Assembly: GCA_965238075.1 (NCBI GenBank)
Contig: OZ250173.1
Coordinates: forward strand, 1,856,001 to 1,920,000
Direction: 5' to 3'
DNA from: Candidatus Entotheonellaceae bacterium
Lineage (GTDB): Bacteria; Tectomicrobia; Entotheonellia; Entotheonellales; Entotheonellaceae
Length of the DNA: 64,000 bases
The notes under the pieces were generated by a model. The model had not been told where the DNA came from, did no database searches, and saw only the letters and a program-made list of their open reading frames with translations. Below, piece by piece: positions 63,170 through 64,000 of the stretch; positions within the stretch are counted from its first letter, which is position 1; each line of letters opens with the position of its first letter. The translations under genes were made by a program, and so were the position numbers.

Positions 63170-63393
63170 ATGAAACAGGCGACGAAAAAATTCGACAACT
63201 TTTGGATCGGGGGTGCGTCATAGATACGGTTCAAGAGCACTGCGGCGTCAAACTAAACAAAGTGGGGCAACGCGACACGTGGCTACGAAACGAATCAGGT
63301 AGAACCTGGTGGGTTCTGGGTGAAGTAGCAGAAGAAGCCCTGCGCCAGGTACGGAAAACCGAGTGCAGGGCTTTTTGCTTGAACCACGAGTGA
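63170..63393 (+). pseudogene. frameshifted fragment of a hypothetical gene
   Basis: RBS GGGAGG plus ATG 63170 stops after 17 codons, while a protein-like frame (63202-63393) continues. Confidence 0.3.
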
Positions 63394-63584
63394 GCGAGGC
63401 GCAGAAAGCGCAAGACGACGTAAAGCGCCAGCGGGGATATCAAAGACGATCCGCTGGATGAGGGGCGTTCTTCTGACCCTGCGGATTCTGGTGCTTGGGC
63501 TGCTCTGGCGGTTGTTCTCTACACATGACAGGGAGCGGGTTGACCCCACGCAAAGCCGTGAGCAAAGCCTTACCCCGAGCCGCA

Positions 63585-64000
63585 TCAACAACCCATCAGG
63601 GTCTCCGCGACCAGCATATCGACGACGCGCTTCAGCGCCTCGTGTTCATCGGCGCCCTCGGCAACGGCTTTGTGGAACGTGTCCAACTGCCAGTGGGCGC
63701 TCGTCCCCCGCGCCACGATGGTGCGGGCGTGCTCGATTTCAGCCACGCAGTCGAAATGCTCGGCGTCTTCCCGAACAAACTCGATGATCTCGTCGATGAG
63801 ATCGGGGTACGGCACCACCTCGCCGCGCCCGAAGTCGATCAGCCCCTCATCCATGCCGAAGCGGTGCGCGCGCCAGCGGTTCTCTTCGATGAGCAGCCGC
63901 GGGTAGCGCCGCCAGCGCTGGTTACTGCGCCGCAGGCGGTACAGCAGCCGCAGCCAGCAGCGATACAGCGCCGCGATGCAAACGGCGTCCTCGACGCGGG
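63585..64000 (-). CDS. YbdK-like carboxylate-amine (glutamate-cysteine) ligase, 5' end beyond window
   Basis: LIEENRWRAHRFG..LID..ARGTSA C-terminal motifs of the GCS2 family. Confidence 0.82.
   Translation of the reverse strand, partial: RVEDAVCIAALYRCWLRLLYRLRRSNQRWRRYPRLLIEENRWRAHRFGMDEGLIDFGRGEVVPYPDLIDEIIEFVREDAEHFDCVAEIEHARTIVARGTSAHWQLDTFHKAVAEGADEHEALKRVVDMLVAETLMGC

Overview
GC-rich bacterial chromosome segment containing the replication origin. The left part (3.7-21.2 kb, + strand) carries a full-length dnaA next to minCDE. It continues as a long DNA-repair gene run: lexA-radA-recA-mraZ-nurA-HAS barrel-herA-sbcD-sbcC-cobA-polX. The PolX has lost both its polymerase and PHP catalytic residues. 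The centre (21.2-34 kb, - strand) is the conserved origin block: recR-ybaB-dnaX, a large Alu-type SRP RNA, all four tRNA-Ser isoacceptors plus tRNA-Arg(ACG) and tadA, gyrA-gyrB-recF-dnaN, and oriC with DnaA boxes and trios. The canonical dnaA slot holds a second, domain-I-less DnaA with an altered DNA-binding signature. Then come rpmH-rnpA-yidD-yidC-mnmE-mnmG-rsmG. From 40.5 kb the window is accessory and partly decayed, with IS3/IS4/IS701 remnants, a split Tat-lipoprotein hydrolase, a TM0106 nuclease and an orphan attenuator. A sigma54-type ABC transporter plus guanidine hydrolase (GdmH-like) operon ends in an unusual CbiX-like/DUF362 fusion. The remainder holds a DEDDh-WYL fusion, an SplB-like radical SAM enzyme, a CoA transferase, an SSS symporter module, arsM, a broken RelE pair, pobA, a HAD and a partial YbdK-like ligase. 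All family calls come from motif recognition by eye; no database searches were run.
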